Of a DNA stretch of 34,520 nt, positions 9,486 to 18,998 are shown piece by piece. Origin of the DNA: an uncultured Lachnospiraceae bacterium (GTDB taxonomy: Bacteria > Bacillota > Clostridia > Lachnospirales > Lachnospiraceae); the NCBI GenBank assembly GCA_964370595.1, contig CAYJKD010000005.1, positions 1 to 34,520 of the forward strand, read 5' to 3'. How positions within the stretch are numbered: position 1 is the first letter of the stretch; each line of letters begins with the position of its first letter. A program made the translations under genes and the position numbers. The notes under the pieces are model-generated. The model saw only the letters and a list, made by a program, of their open reading frames with translations, was not told where the DNA came from and did no database searches.

Positions 9486-10562
9486 CTATCCACGCCAAAT
9501 ACCGTCACTACCTACATAATAACCATCTGGAGTTGTAATATTAGCCTGAAGAGCTCCGTTTACTCCACAGTAATACCAGTTTTGATTCCAATAAATCCAT
9601 CCAGTTGCCATATAACCGCTATGGTTAAAATAGTAATAGCTTCCATGTATTACTTGCCAATTATTTTGTGTATAGCTACCATCTGGATTTTGAAACCACC
9701 AACCTACAGAATCTAAAATCCACTGTCCTTCAGGTGTTGAAAGTATTGGAGGCTGTGTAGATGGTTGAGGAGGTAACACTTGTGAAGTTCCCCCTGGACC
9801 AGATGAACTAGATTCTTGCGACATTCCAGCAGGACCAGTATTATGGTGTACATTATCAGTATAGTTGATTAATTGCGCTTCTTCCTTGGTAAGATACCAA
9901 GACTCGGAGCTAACCCATTCTCCAGTAACAGAACCTAGACCGACACTTCTTACATCGAAATAGTAATCACCTTCTCTAGATAATTGGTTCGAAAAATCGT
10001 AAGAGGTTTCAGTGGTATTACGTATAGCAGTTAATTCTTTTCCGTTTCGATAGAGTTTTATGTGATAAAGTTGGGCGCTATAGTTGGTATCCCACATAGC
10101 AATACCATTATTTGTATCCCAATGAACACCAATCGTGGATAGGTCTCCGTTTTGCAATTGGTCGAGGCGTATGGTAACAGCCATATTTTTTCCATCATTT
10201 TCTCTTTTTGAAGAAATATAATGAGCTTCTTCTCCTTCAAATGTAAAAAGGCTTTTGCTTGAAGAACTGAAATAGAACCCATCCGTAGCTTCGATGTAGA
10301 TTGTTGCACGTGGTTCCATACCACTAATCCAATAATCTTCTTCATTAAGGATTTCAACAGAAGTGACATCAAATTCGTCAGAATTTTCGGTAATGTGTAT
10401 TCGACCATCTGATGTTCCTATAATAATATCTGAGTCAATAATTAAGGTAACATCAGTAATTCTAATGGGATCAGATGTAGAAGCAAAAGCTTGAAAAAGA
10501 GATAGATTGATTCCAATTAGAGTGCATGTCATTATTTTCATTATTGTTTTTTGTAATTTCAT
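9486..10562 (-). CDS. Secreted cell-wall-binding repeat protein with beta-rich N-terminal domains
   Basis: Signal peptide (FQAFA), FN3-like YYFDVRSV segment, Pro/Ser linker, C-terminal GWWFQ/YYYFN..GYMATGW repeats. Confidence 0.8.
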   Translation of the reverse strand: MKLQKTIMKIMTCTLIGINLSLFQAFASTSDPIRITDVTLIIDSDIIIGTSDGRIHITENSDEFDVTSVEILNEEDYWISGMEPRATIYIEATDGFYFSSSSKSLFTFEGEEAHYISSKRENDGKNMAVTIRLDQLQNGDLSTIGVHWDTNNGIAMWDTNYSAQLYHIKLYRNGKELTAIRNTTETSYDFSNQLSREGDYYFDVRSVGLGSVTGEWVSSESWYLTKEEAQLINYTDNVHHNTGPAGMSQESSSSGPGGTSQVLPPQPSTQPPILSTPEGQWILDSVGWWFQNPDGSYTQNNWQVIHGSYYYFNHSGYMATGWIYWNQNWYYCGVNGALQANITTPDGYYVGSDGIWRG

Positions 10563-10591
10563 AAAGACCTCCTAGTTGAGTTGAAATGTGT

Positions 10592-12001
10592 TTACTTTTC
10601 AAGGATTGCACGAGGAAGGGAGAAAATAAATTCAGTACCGACTCCTTCAGTACTTATTAAATCGATATTTTCGCCATGTGCTTGAATAATTTCTTTTACA
10701 ATGGCCAATCCAAGGCCTGTTCCCTTTTTATCCTTCCCTCTTGAGGAGTCACTTTTGTAAAAGCGAACCCAAACCTTGCTGAGGCACTCTTTGGGAATTC
10801 CAACACCTGTATCTTTTACAGATACAAATACTTTTTCGTGATGGATAGAAGATTGAATGTAAATGGTAGAGCTGATATCGCTAAATTTAATTGCGTTATC
10901 AATTAGGTTATAAAGTACTTGTTGGATTTTTCCTAAATCGCCATGAGCCATGACAATGGAGTCTGAAAATGTTAAGTCAAAAGTAATATCTTTGCTAGAA
11001 CAAATGCCTTCAAATGAAGCTACGGTATCTTTAATCATACGATTGATATCAAAGTTTGTTCGAGATAAAAATCCCTTGCTGTCTAGCGTATTTAGTGTAA
11101 GCAATCCCTGTGTTAATTTATTTAAGCGATCTGTTTCGCTGATTACACGTTGTAAGTATTTATCTTGCATTTCATATGGAATCGTCCCATCCATAATTGC
11201 TTCTAAGTAACCTTTTATAGAAGTAAGAGGAGAGCGAAAATCATGAGATACATTAGCGATGAAGTTTCGCTGATATTCTTCTGCTTTATTCAGTTCTTGA
11301 GACATATAATTTAGGGTGTCTGAAAGGCGCCCTAGTTCATCATGTGTATGGAGATCAATTTGGTAACTAAGGTCTCCAGTTGCATAATGGTTGGCACCTT
11401 CTATGATTTTACGCATAGGAAAATAAACACTTTTGGTAAAGATGATTAAAATAATTAGTGATAGTAGGTATAATATGATACTAGTTAAAAAAATCACTCG
11501 AAGCATATCATCACTCATATCATGGATTTGACTTAGTGGCATGTGGAGTAATACATATCCATAGGTATTATAATTACCAGTTATAGGTGCAGATACACTG
11601 ATTACATCATAAGAAAATAAATTATAATAATTTCCTAGAGTGTAATGTTGATTACCCGTAGCAGCAGGGTCAAATCCCTCAATTGAAATTCCAGATTTTG
11701 CAGATCGATTACTATCAATGATAATACTCCCTTGTCGATTGACTATCCAGATTTCCGCTTTGATAAATGTTGAAATTGCTTCTAATTGTGGGTAGATATT
11801 ACTTAATTCTTGAGAATTTCCTTGATAAACGGAGCTATATGAATTGGCAATCAATATTGCTTCATCATAGAGACGATCTGCATTTTCTTCAAGAGTATAA
11901 CGGTAAGTTTGTCGATGAGAAAATGTTGTTATCAAAAGGAAACCTAAAAGTCCGAATAGGATATAACCGAATAATAGTTTTATATATACAGAAGTACGCA
12001 T
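10592..12001 (-). CDS. HAMP-domain sensor histidine kinase
   Basis: Two TMs, HAMP (DELGRL), H-box SHDFRSPL, N-box NLIDNAIKF, DTGVGI, GTGLGLAI. Confidence 0.94.
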   Translation of the reverse strand: MRTSVYIKLLFGYILFGLLGFLLITTFSHRQTYRYTLEENADRLYDEAILIANSYSSVYQGNSQELSNIYPQLEAISTFIKAEIWIVNRQGSIIIDSNRSAKSGISIEGFDPAATGNQHYTLGNYYNLFSYDVISVSAPITGNYNTYGYVLLHMPLSQIHDMSDDMLRVIFLTSIILYLLSLIILIIFTKSVYFPMRKIIEGANHYATGDLSYQIDLHTHDELGRLSDTLNYMSQELNKAEEYQRNFIANVSHDFRSPLTSIKGYLEAIMDGTIPYEMQDKYLQRVISETDRLNKLTQGLLTLNTLDSKGFLSRTNFDINRMIKDTVASFEGICSSKDITFDLTFSDSIVMAHGDLGKIQQVLYNLIDNAIKFSDISSTIYIQSSIHHEKVFVSVKDTGVGIPKECLSKVWVRFYKSDSSRGKDKKGTGLGLAIVKEIIQAHGENIDLISTEGVGTEFIFSLPRAILEK

Positions 12002-12009
12002 GCAAAATC

Positions 12010-12717
12010 CTACCGTTTCAATTCAAATTTGTATCCAATGCCCCAAACAGTGGAAAGGGACCATTGATTATGATCTTTGATCTTTTCTCGAAGACGTTTA
12101 ATATGAACGTCAACCGTTCGTGTATCTCCAATGTATTCATATCCCCAAATATGATCTAGAAGCTGCTCTCGTGTAAACACTTGATTAGGAGAGGATGCAA
12201 GGAAGTATAATAGCTCTAATTCCTTTGGAGGCATTTCTACGGAAGAGCCTCTATAAGTTACAGAATAGTTTGTTAAATTAACAATTAGATCTGGATATTC
12301 AACAAAATCTCCTTGATTTTTATCAGAAGCTATAGGGATTTGAATGGATTGATAACGTCGTAAAACAGCTTTTACACGAGCTACAAGCTCCTTTGAATCA
12401 AATGGTTTGATAATATAATCATCGGCGCCGAGCTCTAACCCTAAAACTTTATCAAAAACTTCCCCTTTTGCAGATAACATAATAATTGGAACTTGTGAAC
12501 TAGAACGAAGCTCACGGCAGACTTGATATCCACCGATTCCAGGCAACATAATATCTAATAATATTAGATGTGGAGAAAATTCTTCAAATATTCGTAAGGC
12601 TTCTTCTCCGTCATATACAATTTTTGTTTCAAAACATTCTTTCAATAGATAAAGTGAGATGAGATCTGCAATATTTTCATCGTCATCTACAATTAATATT
12701 CGTTGTTTTTCTGCCAT
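12010..12717 (-). CDS. OmpR/PhoB-family response regulator
   Basis: ILIVDDD, LLDIMLP, GADDYIIKPF, winged helix RTVDVHIKRLREKI, TVWGIGYKF. Confidence 0.95.
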   Translation of the reverse strand: MAEKQRILIVDDDENIADLISLYLLKECFETKIVYDGEEALRIFEEFSPHLILLDIMLPGIGGYQVCRELRSSSQVPIIMLSAKGEVFDKVLGLELGADDYIIKPFDSKELVARVKAVLRRYQSIQIPIASDKNQGDFVEYPDLIVNLTNYSVTYRGSSVEMPPKELELLYFLASSPNQVFTREQLLDHIWGYEYIGDTRTVDVHIKRLREKIKDHNQWSLSTVWGIGYKFELKR

Positions 12718-12728
12718 TTTTCCCCCTA

Positions 12729-15119
12729 CTACTTAAACGTTACGATTGTTACACCAGCATCGCCTTCTCCGAATTCTCCTAAATGGAATTCTTTAACAAT
12801 TTTTACTTTTTTCAAATGTTTATGGATACCAGCACGAAGTGCACCAGTTCCTTTTCCATGTACTACACGTACCTTAGGAAGATGTGCAATATAAGCATCA
12901 TCTAAATATTTATCCAACTCCATAATAGCCTCATCTACGGTAAATCCTAGTAAGTTGATTTCCATAGAAATAGAGGAGGATTTGGCAAGCTTGATATTAC
13001 TGCTTCCAGAACCAGATTTAGCGTTTTGGCGATTGCTTTGTACATGGGCCGTTTCTTCTAATAATTCTAAGTCTTTTATATTAACCTGAGAGCGTAAAAT
13101 TCCCATTTGTACAAAGAGATTCCCTTTTCCATCTGGTAAACTGCTAATAGTTCCCTTTAAGTTCATAGAAAGAACACGTACATCATCTCCTAATCGTAAA
13201 GTTTTAGGATTAATCGCTTTTTTAGGAGTTGTTTCTTGTTTAATTGAAAGTTTTTGATCTACTTTTCCTAAATTATCACGCAATTTTGTTCTTTGTGCTT
13301 CTAATGCTTTGGTATCAACCCCAGAAGAAGATGCTAATTTATTAATATTTTTAATTGTTTGATCTGCTGTTTCTTTTGCTGCACGAAGGATTTTTTGAGC
13401 TTCCTCATTGGCTGCGCGAAGGATTTTTTCTTTTCGTTCATCAAAGCGTTCTTCTTTTTGTTCTAGACGATTTTTCAGACGAGAGATTTCTTCTTTATAT
13501 GTGTTGATTTCTCCTTCTTTTTGTTCCATAGATATGCGTCGTTCCTCAAGGTGACTAATGATATCTTCAAAGGTTTCATCTTCAGACTCAATTCGATTCT
13601 TTGCATCATCAATAATAAAATTCGGCAGTCCCAATTTTTGAGAGATGGCAAAAGCGTTGCTTCGCCCCGGAATTCCTATTAGTAAACGATAGGTAGGACG
13701 GAGTGTTTTAACATCGAATTCGCAACTAGCATTTTGCACACCAGGTGTACTTAAGGCGAATAGCTTTAATTCACTATAGTGGGTTGTTGCCATGGTACGA
13801 CACTTCATGTTGTGAAGGAAGGTTAATATAGAAATGGCAAGTGCTGCTCCTTCGGTCGGGTCTGTTCCAGCACCTAATTCATCAAATAAGCATAAAGAGC
13901 GGCTGTCTGCTTTATTCAAAATATCCACGATATTTGTCATGTGAGAAGAGAATGTACTAAGGCTTTGTTCAATGCTTTGTTCATCTCCAATATCTGCAAA
14001 TATTTCATGAAAAACAGCAAGTTTTGAGCCTTCAAATGCAGGTATGTGTAATCCGGCCTGCCCCATAAGAGTAAAAAGACCTACTGTTTTTAAGGAAACG
14101 GTTTTTCCCCCAGTGTTTGGTCCCGTAACAATGAGTAAGTCAAATTCATCTCCTAACCAAACAGTAATAGGTACTACTTGTTCAGGATTTAAAAGTGGAT
14201 GGCGACCGTCTTTTATATGAATGATACCCTCATTATTGAACTTTGGTTCGCTACATTTATAAGAGCGAGATAGTGCAGCTTTGGCAAAGATAAAATCTAA
14301 CTGAACTAATGTTTGAAAGTTAATCTCTAAATTTTCTATGTAAGGTAAGAGTTCATTACTTAATGTGGCAAGAACAGCTTCGATTTCTTTTAATTCTTGA
14401 ATTTCTAGAGATCTCAATTCGTTATTAAGTTGAATGATTGCCATAGGCTCAATAAATAGTGTAGCGCCTGTAGAGGACTGATCATGTACCATTCCGACAA
14501 CTTGATTTTTATATTCAGCTTTTACAGGAAGGCAGTAGCGACCATTTCTCATTGTAACAACACTATCTTGAAGATAAGTGCGCTTCGCATTTAATAAACT
14601 ATTAATCTGCGTATGAATTTTATTTCCGATTTGTTTCATAGCGCGTCGTACTTGACGTAAGCCAGGGCTAGCATCATCACTAACTTCTTCTTCAGAAAGA
14701 ATACAACGTTTAATTTCTAAATTTACTGGAGTTAAAGGTTCTAATAAACGAAACATCGCATCAAGGGAATCATCTTCAAATTCTTCAGATTCCTCATGGC
14801 GTCCATAAGATTTTGCTTTTGCACAGACATTGAGCAACGAGCTTATTGATAAGAGCTCTAATATACCTAAACTGCTACCAATCTCTAATCGTTTGAGACT
14901 AGGACGAATATCGTGAATTCCACTGAAAGAAATACCTCCTTTCATGCGAACTCTCGCAACTGCATCTGTAGTTTCTTTTTGTGTTTGCAAAATTTCAAGA
15001 TAATCAGTTGAAGGGATTAATTGATCACACAAATCTTTTGCAGGTGCAGACGATGCGAATGAGGTTAAGGATTGGATAATTTTTTTATATTCTAATGTTA
15101 TAAGTGATTTTTGATTCAT
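12729..15119 (-). CDS. mutS2: MutS2 endonuclease / ribosome-collision sensing ATPase
   Basis: MNQKSLITLEY start, HDQSSTGATLFIEP, Walker A GPNTGGKT, DELGAGTDP, coiled coil, KOW-like, Smr VHGKGTG; ORF-track extension to 15365 crosses the promoter region. Confidence 0.95.
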   Translation of the reverse strand: MNQKSLITLEYKKIIQSLTSFASSAPAKDLCDQLIPSTDYLEILQTQKETTDAVARVRMKGGISFSGIHDIRPSLKRLEIGSSLGILELLSISSLLNVCAKAKSYGRHEESEEFEDDSLDAMFRLLEPLTPVNLEIKRCILSEEEVSDDASPGLRQVRRAMKQIGNKIHTQINSLLNAKRTYLQDSVVTMRNGRYCLPVKAEYKNQVVGMVHDQSSTGATLFIEPMAIIQLNNELRSLEIQELKEIEAVLATLSNELLPYIENLEINFQTLVQLDFIFAKAALSRSYKCSEPKFNNEGIIHIKDGRHPLLNPEQVVPITVWLGDEFDLLIVTGPNTGGKTVSLKTVGLFTLMGQAGLHIPAFEGSKLAVFHEIFADIGDEQSIEQSLSTFSSHMTNIVDILNKADSRSLCLFDELGAGTDPTEGAALAISILTFLHNMKCRTMATTHYSELKLFALSTPGVQNASCEFDVKTLRPTYRLLIGIPGRSNAFAISQKLGLPNFIIDDAKNRIESEDETFEDIISHLEERRISMEQKEGEINTYKEEISRLKNRLEQKEERFDERKEKILRAANEEAQKILRAAKETADQTIKNINKLASSSGVDTKALEAQRTKLRDNLGKVDQKLSIKQETTPKKAINPKTLRLGDDVRVLSMNLKGTISSLPDGKGNLFVQMGILRSQVNIKDLELLEETAHVQSNRQNAKSGSGSSNIKLAKSSSISMEINLLGFTVDEAIMELDKYLDDAYIAHLPKVRVVHGKGTGALRAGIHKHLKKVKIVKEFHLGEFGEGDAGVTIVTFK

Positions 15120-15133
15120 AGTTGGATTACCAT
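15116..15133 (-). other. Candidate 5-codon upstream ORF (MVIQL*) overlapping the mutS2 start
   Basis: AGAAAGGA-ccttt-ATG GTA ATC CAA CTA TGA; TGA overlaps mutS2 ATG (ATGA). Confidence 0.45.
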
Positions 15134-15206
15134 AAAGGTCCTTTCTAATGGTATTAAGGGGAGAAACACGGTTTATCCCTTTAGCAATATGTATGATTAT
15201 ATAAGT

Positions 15207-15235
15207 ATTATAACAAACATGCTTTTTGATTGCAA
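15207..15235 (-). promoter_or_regulatory. sigma-A promoter of the mutS2 operon
   Basis: TTGCAA, 17 nt, extended TGt-TATAAT on minus strand. Confidence 0.72.
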
Positions 15236-15261
15236 AGGGATTAATTAGGGATAACAAAGGG

Positions 15262-15290
15262 TTGCACATTTTTAAGAAGATAAGTATAAT
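15262..15290 (+). promoter_or_regulatory. sigma-A promoter of the HtrA-like gene
   Basis: TTGCAC, 17 nt, TATAAT. Confidence 0.72.
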
Positions 15291-15343
15291 AGCAGTAAGT
15301 GTATGCACGCTTTGAGGAGGATTATGAGGTAAGGAGGAAGGCG

Positions 15344-16624
15344 ATGCCTGAAACGAATGATCCAAAAAGGAAGTTTATTCATGAAAAAGTTGTAAAACCA
15401 CGTCCAACAAAAAAGCAGAGAGTTATGAAAGCAGTCTGCACATTAAGTTCAGCCGTTGCTTTTGGCGTGATAGCAGCAATTAGCTTCCAAGTTACATTAG
15501 ATAATTTTAAAGAAGAAGAAACGATAGCAGTTCCGACCGTATCTATTCCGAAGGATGAGCCAGTTGAAACATCAACAGCAGAAACACAAATGGAAACAGA
15601 AGTAGTTGAGACAGAGGCGATTGAAGAAGTTGTCCAATCTGCGATGGAAGAATATCAACTATCAAGAGATGGTGTAGTGGCATTATCTCGAAGCTTAAAA
15701 GATATTGTAGACCGAGCAGGAGCGTCGATTGTGGAAGTGCGTTCTGTGCAAAGTGAAACCGATTGGTTTGATAATACGGTTGAAACAAGTGGTGCACACT
15801 CTGGAATTGTAATTGCAGATACTTCGCACGAAATTTTGGTTTTGGTCCCTGAAACAGCCGTTGAGCATGCGGAATCTATACAGGTAAAATTACCTAGTGG
15901 GGATAGTTTCACTGGAATTTTAAAAGGGTTAGATTCGGTTGGGAAGATTGCAATTGTAGCGATTGATAAAACGCTAATGGGAGAAGAACTGCAAGATTCA
16001 ATTGAGCCAATTGAGTTGGGTAATTCCCATATGGCAAAACAGTCAGAAGTTGTTATTGCAGTAGGGAGTCCAGCAGGAGCGATTCGATCCACAGATTATG
16101 GTATTATATCTTATGTACAAAAGAATATAAGCGTTGTTGATGGAGTTAATCATATATTATATTCAAAAGTAGCAGCAGATGCTATGAAAGGCACATATTT
16201 GATTAACCTAGATGGAGAATTGGTTGGATGGGCTGTTGAAAACGAAGAAGAAAGTCAAAATCAATTTCAAAGATTTGTGGGTGTGTCAGATTATAAAAGC
16301 ATTTTAGAGAAATTAGTCAATGGGCATTCCCTATCAATTGTAGGAATTATAGGAAAAGAAGTACCTCAAGAATTGATTGAACAAGGGTTTCCAAGTGGAA
16401 TCTATGTTGTAACTGCGGTTCAAGGAAGGCCTGCTTATGAAGAAGGAATTCAAAGTGGAGATGTGATAGTTGCCATTGGTGAAACTACGATTAGAACGAT
16501 GTCAGATTACCAAAATTTAGTGGATAGCTTGGCAGTTGGCGAAGAGATTGTGGTCAAGGTTCTTCGAAATGGCAGAGAACAATACATGGAAGTGGATTTT
16601 CAACTTATAGTGCAAGAAAGATAA
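15344..16624 (+). CDS. Membrane-anchored HtrA/S1C-fold protein with PDZ domain; catalytic triad apparently lost
   Basis: N-terminal TM, SGIVI, LGNS..VIAVGSP, LINLDGELVG, PDZ (PAYEEGIQSGDVI); no TNxHV or GNSGG; ATG after AGGAGG. Confidence 0.82.
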   Translation: MPETNDPKRKFIHEKVVKPRPTKKQRVMKAVCTLSSAVAFGVIAAISFQVTLDNFKEEETIAVPTVSIPKDEPVETSTAETQMETEVVETEAIEEVVQSAMEEYQLSRDGVVALSRSLKDIVDRAGASIVEVRSVQSETDWFDNTVETSGAHSGIVIADTSHEILVLVPETAVEHAESIQVKLPSGDSFTGILKGLDSVGKIAIVAIDKTLMGEELQDSIEPIELGNSHMAKQSEVVIAVGSPAGAIRSTDYGIISYVQKNISVVDGVNHILYSKVAADAMKGTYLINLDGELVGWAVENEEESQNQFQRFVGVSDYKSILEKLVNGHSLSIVGIIGKEVPQELIEQGFPSGIYVVTAVQGRPAYEEGIQSGDVIVAIGETTIRTMSDYQNLVDSLAVGEEIVVKVLRNGREQYMEVDFQLIVQER

Positions 16625-16692
16625 GGTGCATCAAAAATTTGTTTGACCGATCTCTAGACTAGAGTCTTTGAACAAGAAAGAAAAGGATAATT

Positions 16693-17637
16693 ATGAAATA
16701 TATAGAAACATTAAAAGAAGGTATGCATATTGCAGATATATACCTATGTAAAACGAAACAAATTGCACTTACAAAATCGGGAAAAGAATATGGGAATTTA
16801 ATTCTCCAAGATAAAACAGGGACAGTGGATGCAAAGATTTGGGATTTGGGCTCACCTGGAATTAATGAATTTGAATCGATGGATTACATATTTGTTGAAG
16901 CGGATGTTACTGTTTTCATGGGTACAAACCAATTAAATGTTAAAAGAGTGAGAAAAGCCAGTGAAGGAGAATATATTCCAGCAGACTATCTTCCAGTTTC
17001 ACAAAAAGATATTAAGAAAATGTATGGAGAACTAAAGGGAATCATCGAAAGTATAAAAAATCCATATTTAAATCAATTGGCAAAAAGTTTCTTCTTTGAT
17101 GAGCGATTTGAAAAAGTATTTTCTTTTCACAGTGCAGCTAAAAGCGTTCATCATGGGTTTGTAGGTGGATTGCTAGAGCATACACTTAGCGTTGTGAATA
17201 TGTGTCTTTATTTTGCTAAATCCTATCCGATGATAAATAAAGATTTGTTGATAACAGCAGCAATGTTTCACGATGTAGGTAAGATAAAAGAGCTTTCAAC
17301 ATTCCCAGAAAATGATTATACAGATGATGGGCAATTACTTGGTCATATTGTAATCGGAACACAAATGCTTCATGATGCAATGAAAAAGATACCTGATTTT
17401 CCAGATCGTTTAGCTGCAGAATTAAAGCATTGTATCATTTCACATCATGGTGAATTAGAGTATGGATCGCCAAAAAAGCCAGCAATATTAGAAGCAGTTG
17501 CACTTAACTTTGCAGATAATGCAGATGCTAAAATGCAAACGATGATTGAAGTGTTACAGAATGCCGGCACAAATCAGGGCTGGTTAGGGTATAATCGTTT
17601 ATTAGAAACAAACATAAGAAAAAGCTATCAAGAATAA
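16693..17637 (+). CDS. yhaM: 3'-5' exoribonuclease YhaM family (OB fold + HD)
   Basis: LQDKTGTVDAKIWD, AAKSVHH, GGLLEHT, HDVGK, SHHGELEYGSP. Confidence 0.9.
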   Translation: MKYIETLKEGMHIADIYLCKTKQIALTKSGKEYGNLILQDKTGTVDAKIWDLGSPGINEFESMDYIFVEADVTVFMGTNQLNVKRVRKASEGEYIPADYLPVSQKDIKKMYGELKGIIESIKNPYLNQLAKSFFFDERFEKVFSFHSAAKSVHHGFVGGLLEHTLSVVNMCLYFAKSYPMINKDLLITAAMFHDVGKIKELSTFPENDYTDDGQLLGHIVIGTQMLHDAMKKIPDFPDRLAAELKHCIISHHGELEYGSPKKPAILEAVALNFADNADAKMQTMIEVLQNAGTNQGWLGYNRLLETNIRKSYQE

Positions 17638-17640
17638 AGA

Positions 17641-17682
17641 AAAAGAAAGGTCCAGAGCATTTGTTCTGTACCTTTCTTTTTT
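17641..17682. terminator. Bidirectional terminator between yhaM and the RidA fusion
   Basis: AAAAGAAAGGTCCAGAGCA / TGTTCTGTACCTTTCTTTT imperfect hairpin with A/T tails. Confidence 0.8.
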
Positions 17683-17729
17683 AGATTAATACTTATTATT
17701 ACAATCTCATAATCACTGATAGGAGAGTA

Positions 17730-18998
17730 TTAGCGTTGAGGAGGAGTACCTTCTGCATTTGAAACAGTTGCATCTAACATTACAAGAGCATTTTTACAAA
17801 GGTTTTTTGTTCCGACGATACGTCTCGCAGGAGTTCCTTCTGGGAAGAAGGTTTTATAAACTTCATTGAATTGCTCAAGTTCGCTTAAATCTGTAAGGTA
17901 TACATTTACTTTAACAACATCTGCCATAACGTGGTCAATACTTTCAACAATCATTTTAAGATTAGCTAAACATTGTATTGCTTGTTCTTTGATTCCCCCT
18001 GCAACAATTGTACCATCAGCAGTGCAAGGTAACTGAGCAGAGATATGATTGTAGTGAGAGAACGCTACTGTTTGAGTGGAGATACAAGATTTAGGTGCAG
18101 CATCTGTATTTCTTGCCCAGATAACGATGCCATGGCGATCTTCGATTAGTTGAGGAGGAGTTCCATCACCATGAGAAACCACAGCTTCAATTTGCACAAG
18201 TGCTTCCATAGGAAGAGCTACAGCTTCTACAGTAGTACGAGCTGGCATATATCCAACTGTTCTTGCAATTGCTGTATCTGGGAAGAATGTAGTATAAATT
18301 TCATTTACAGCATCAACATCAGAAAGATCTTTCAAGAATACTGTGATTTTAACAATATCATCAACAGTAACATCAATGCTTTCTAAAATGGCTTTGATGT
18401 TTTTTAGACATTGTTGCGTTTGCTCTTTAATTCCACCTACAACGAGTCTTCCGGTTTTTGGATCAATTGGAAGCTGAGCTGTTAAGTTATTGTAATGAGA
18501 AAATGCTACTGTTTGAGAAGATAATGAGCTCAAAGGTGCATTACAGCTATTGTTTACAAGTTTAATTAAATCACCAGCTTGAGGTGCATTGGGAATAGTG
18601 CCTTCTCCGCAAGTTATGATAGCTTCCACTTGTACCATTGCACCTAGAGGAAGGTCATTTACGACAACAGTAGTTTTAGTGGGAAGATAGGTTGGGAAGA
18701 AAGAAGCATAGACTTCTTCGGCAATATCTAAATCTTTGATATCTTTAGCAAAGATTGTTACTCTCACTACGTCACTCATAACATGATTTATGCTTTCAGC
18801 AATTGCTTTGATATTCATAAAGCATTGTGCTGTTTGCTCTTTTATACCACCTTCTACTAGTTTGCCTGTTTTAGGATCTACAGGAAGCTGAGCTGAGAAG
18901 TTATTGTAGTGAGAAAAAGCCACTGTTTGGGAATATGGACCTATATTTTTTGGTGCCTTATCTGTATTTCTTGCTAGAACTGCATTGAATCCACTCAT
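17730..18998 (-). CDS. RidA/YjgF-family protein with three tandem domains
   Basis: Three copies of QTVAFSHYN..(S/T)AQLP...GGIKEQ..QC..N.K.I.ESI; GPYSQ and PAR motifs. Confidence 0.9.
   Translation of the reverse strand: MSGFNAVLARNTDKAPKNIGPYSQTVAFSHYNNFSAQLPVDPKTGKLVEGGIKEQTAQCFMNIKAIAESINHVMSDVVRVTIFAKDIKDLDIAEEVYASFFPTYLPTKTTVVVNDLPLGAMVQVEAIITCGEGTIPNAPQAGDLIKLVNNSCNAPLSSLSSQTVAFSHYNNLTAQLPIDPKTGRLVVGGIKEQTQQCLKNIKAILESIDVTVDDIVKITVFLKDLSDVDAVNEIYTTFFPDTAIARTVGYMPARTTVEAVALPMEALVQIEAVVSHGDGTPPQLIEDRHGIVIWARNTDAAPKSCISTQTVAFSHYNHISAQLPCTADGTIVAGGIKEQAIQCLANLKMIVESIDHVMADVVKVNVYLTDLSELEQFNEVYKTFFPEGTPARRIVGTKNLCKNALVMLDATVSNAEGTPPQR

Noticed and set aside
15120..15365. 82-aa N-terminal extension of MutS2 in the ORF track
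   Set aside because: Runs through both divergent promoters and into the opposite gene; MutS2-like sequence starts at MNQKS
18049..18930. Three ~26-nt direct repeats (TTGTARTGAGA...ACTGTTTG) about 415-440 nt apart
   Set aside because: Explained by the triplicated RidA coding domain; not CRISPR, DGR or att sites
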